64,000 nt of DNA, from assembly GCA_028534125.1 (NCBI GenBank), contig CM052817.1, positions 11,782,001 through 11,846,000 of the forward strand, in the 5' to 3' direction. The stretch is from Lama glama (Eukaryota). Position 1 is the first letter of the stretch; every line of letters starts with the position of its first letter. Below the pieces are notes generated by a model. It was not told the DNA's origin and ran no database searches. It saw nothing but the letters and a program-made list of their open reading frames with translations. Positions 62,130 to 64,000 of this stretch are shown here, one piece after another. The translations under genes were made by a program, and so were the position numbers.

Positions 62130-64000
62130 CAAAAACCTGCATGTGAGTGTTTACAGCTGCTTTATTCACAATAATCAGAAACTGGAAACAATGAAGATGT
62201 CCTTCATAGGTAAACAGATGAAAAGATTGTGATAGATTCATAAAAAGATGAGTATTCCACGTTAAGAAATGAGTGAGCAAGCAACAATAAGATATGAATG
62301 AATCTTAATAACATATTGCTAAGTGAAAAAACCAGTCTGGAAAAGCTACATGCTGAATGATTTTAGTTATATGATAATCTGGAAAGGGCAAAACTATAAA
62401 GATGGTACAAAGATCAATGATTGCTAAGAGTTTGAGAAGAGGATGGAGTGTTGAATGGGTGAAGCCCAGGGTATTTTTTAAGGTGGTGAAACTATTATGT
62501 ATGATTCTATAGTAGATACATGACACTATGCATTTGTCAAAACCCACAGACCTGAACTGCAGATTAGTGAACCTAAATGTACGCACATTTAAAAATCATT
62601 TAGGAGACTTGGAGATCCCATGATAAAATGCAGAATGTGGCAAAACAGAAAATAGTCTAAGTGTATTTCAAACTGTAAAACAACCTACTGAAGGGGTAAG
62701 AAGGAAAGGCACTGACCTAAGTAACTTTAGAATTGAGTCCAGTCCATAAGATGAAAGGAAAAAGAAGCTGTACATGTACGCCATATTCTAGTTGATAAAA
62801 TAGTTTATGACAGGGATACAGGTGAACAATTCTGGTACAGCTATACATTTATATTTGGAGTAAAGCAATGAAGTAAATGGTGGATGGTGATGGCCAGGAT
62901 TTTCACTGTTGCAATGAGTGTTCACATGTAAGCATGAGTAGGAGGCTAGAATGATATACGTGGTAATGGATTAGAGTTGGAACACTAGTGTAAACTCATG
63001 TTTAGCTCCATATTGATACAGATGGCTACATATAGAAATACTTATAGCTATTGTATATGTACTAGTTATTACACACATGTATTTCTTTGCTTTGTGCCCT
63101 GAAAGAGTCTAGTGGCAACAATATCCCAGGAACAGTGAGCGCCCCTAGCTCCCAGATTTTTGTTTCTAATACCATTCTTCAACAAAAGGAGCTAGAACTC
63201 ATTAGTGAAGTGGCTAATTCTAGTTCTGAGGCAGGATATACACAAGATGAATTTGGAGCATCAGTGCCAGAAAGTTAGATTGTGCTCAAGATAAAAATCC
63301 CACAGTCATTGGAGTATGTCAGAGGGATCAAGAGCCAAATGAAAGAGTTCCCAGTGCCCAAAGCTGAAAACAATTAGAGGAGCAAGGAATAAAAATAATC
63401 GGTTTACAATACAGGTGTAAAATAAATAGCCATGAGTCCACACCAGTATAAATAAATGATTGAATTAATAAATAAATGAGGGAGAAGAGACAGATCGCCT
63501 ATGCAGAGGAGTTCCAAATAATTTATGTAGATATTTCACCCTCATAGATGTGGAACGTAACTCTCCACTTCTTAAGTGGGGCAGTGCTTAGTGACTTCCT
63601 TTCAAGAGTAATTTTGATTTGAGAAATCTAACAAATATTAACGAAGGCAGGTAATCAAACTTAACATCTGCTGGGTGAGGAAGTAGTAAGTCATGCTGAT
63701 AATGTATACTGGATGTGATGAAAACAGCGCTTTACTTCTGTGGTCTTATTCCCCAAAACATATAACCTCCTTCTAATCATGAAAAAATATCAGACAAATT
63801 CCAGTTGAAGGAGATTCTATAAAGTAGCTGATCAGTACTCCTCAAAACTGTCAAGGTTATAAAAGCAAGGAAAGGCTAAGAAATTGTCACAGACAAGAGG
63901 ATCTTAAGGAAACATGACTTCTAAATTAATGTATCTTGGATGAAATAGAAAAATAACATTAAGTAAAAAACCAAGGAAATCTGAAAAAAAGGCATAAACT
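62130..64000 (+). mobile_element. L1MC/L1MD-type ORF2 end and long 3'UTR, running off the window
   Basis: 'gtttacagctgctttattcacaataatcagaaactggaaacaa', 'tatgcatttgtcaaaacccacaga', 'taactctccacttcttaagtggggc...gtgacttcct', 'cagtactcctcaaaactgtcaagg'. Confidence 0.85.

Larger units (their letters stand above)
59300..62130 (+). mobile_element. Very old L1ME/HAL1-like LINE remnant (ORF1-like then ORF2 pieces) with nested insertions
   Basis: A-rich sense strand; 'gaagaaataatgaacaataacttaccagaatt', 'gcctcaataaattccaaaa', 'ccaggatgattcaac...gataaatgtcaaca', 'aatgtagggaacaagacagtgattccc'. Confidence 0.65.

Overview
AT-rich mammalian genomic DNA with a 500-N assembly gap (1646-2145). It is most likely camelid, judging by two tRNA-Ala-derived SINEs of the camelid (Vic-1-like) type and a camelid-type L1 3' tail. 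I recognise no protein-coding gene; the ORF track is explained by repeats, the gap or chance. The window is a mosaic of MIR, L2, MaLR/ERV solo LTRs, hAT/Tigger/mariner MITEs and three large, decayed plus-strand L1 blocks (about 24.1-28.6, 38.5-42.9 and 59.3-64 kb). Repeat-free islands between them carry enhancer-like motif clusters (CRE/AP-1, PBX-MEIS, POU) and a few splice-site-bounded candidate exons. The best-supported oddities are retrotransposition events read from target-site duplications: a SINE carrying an L1 ORF2 fragment inside its TSD, a twin-primed inverted L1, a 5'-intact but 3'-truncated L1, and a 45-bp micro-L1. I found no convincing novel multi-gene system. Repeat subfamily names come from recall of consensus sequences, not from a search, and many boundaries are approximate.
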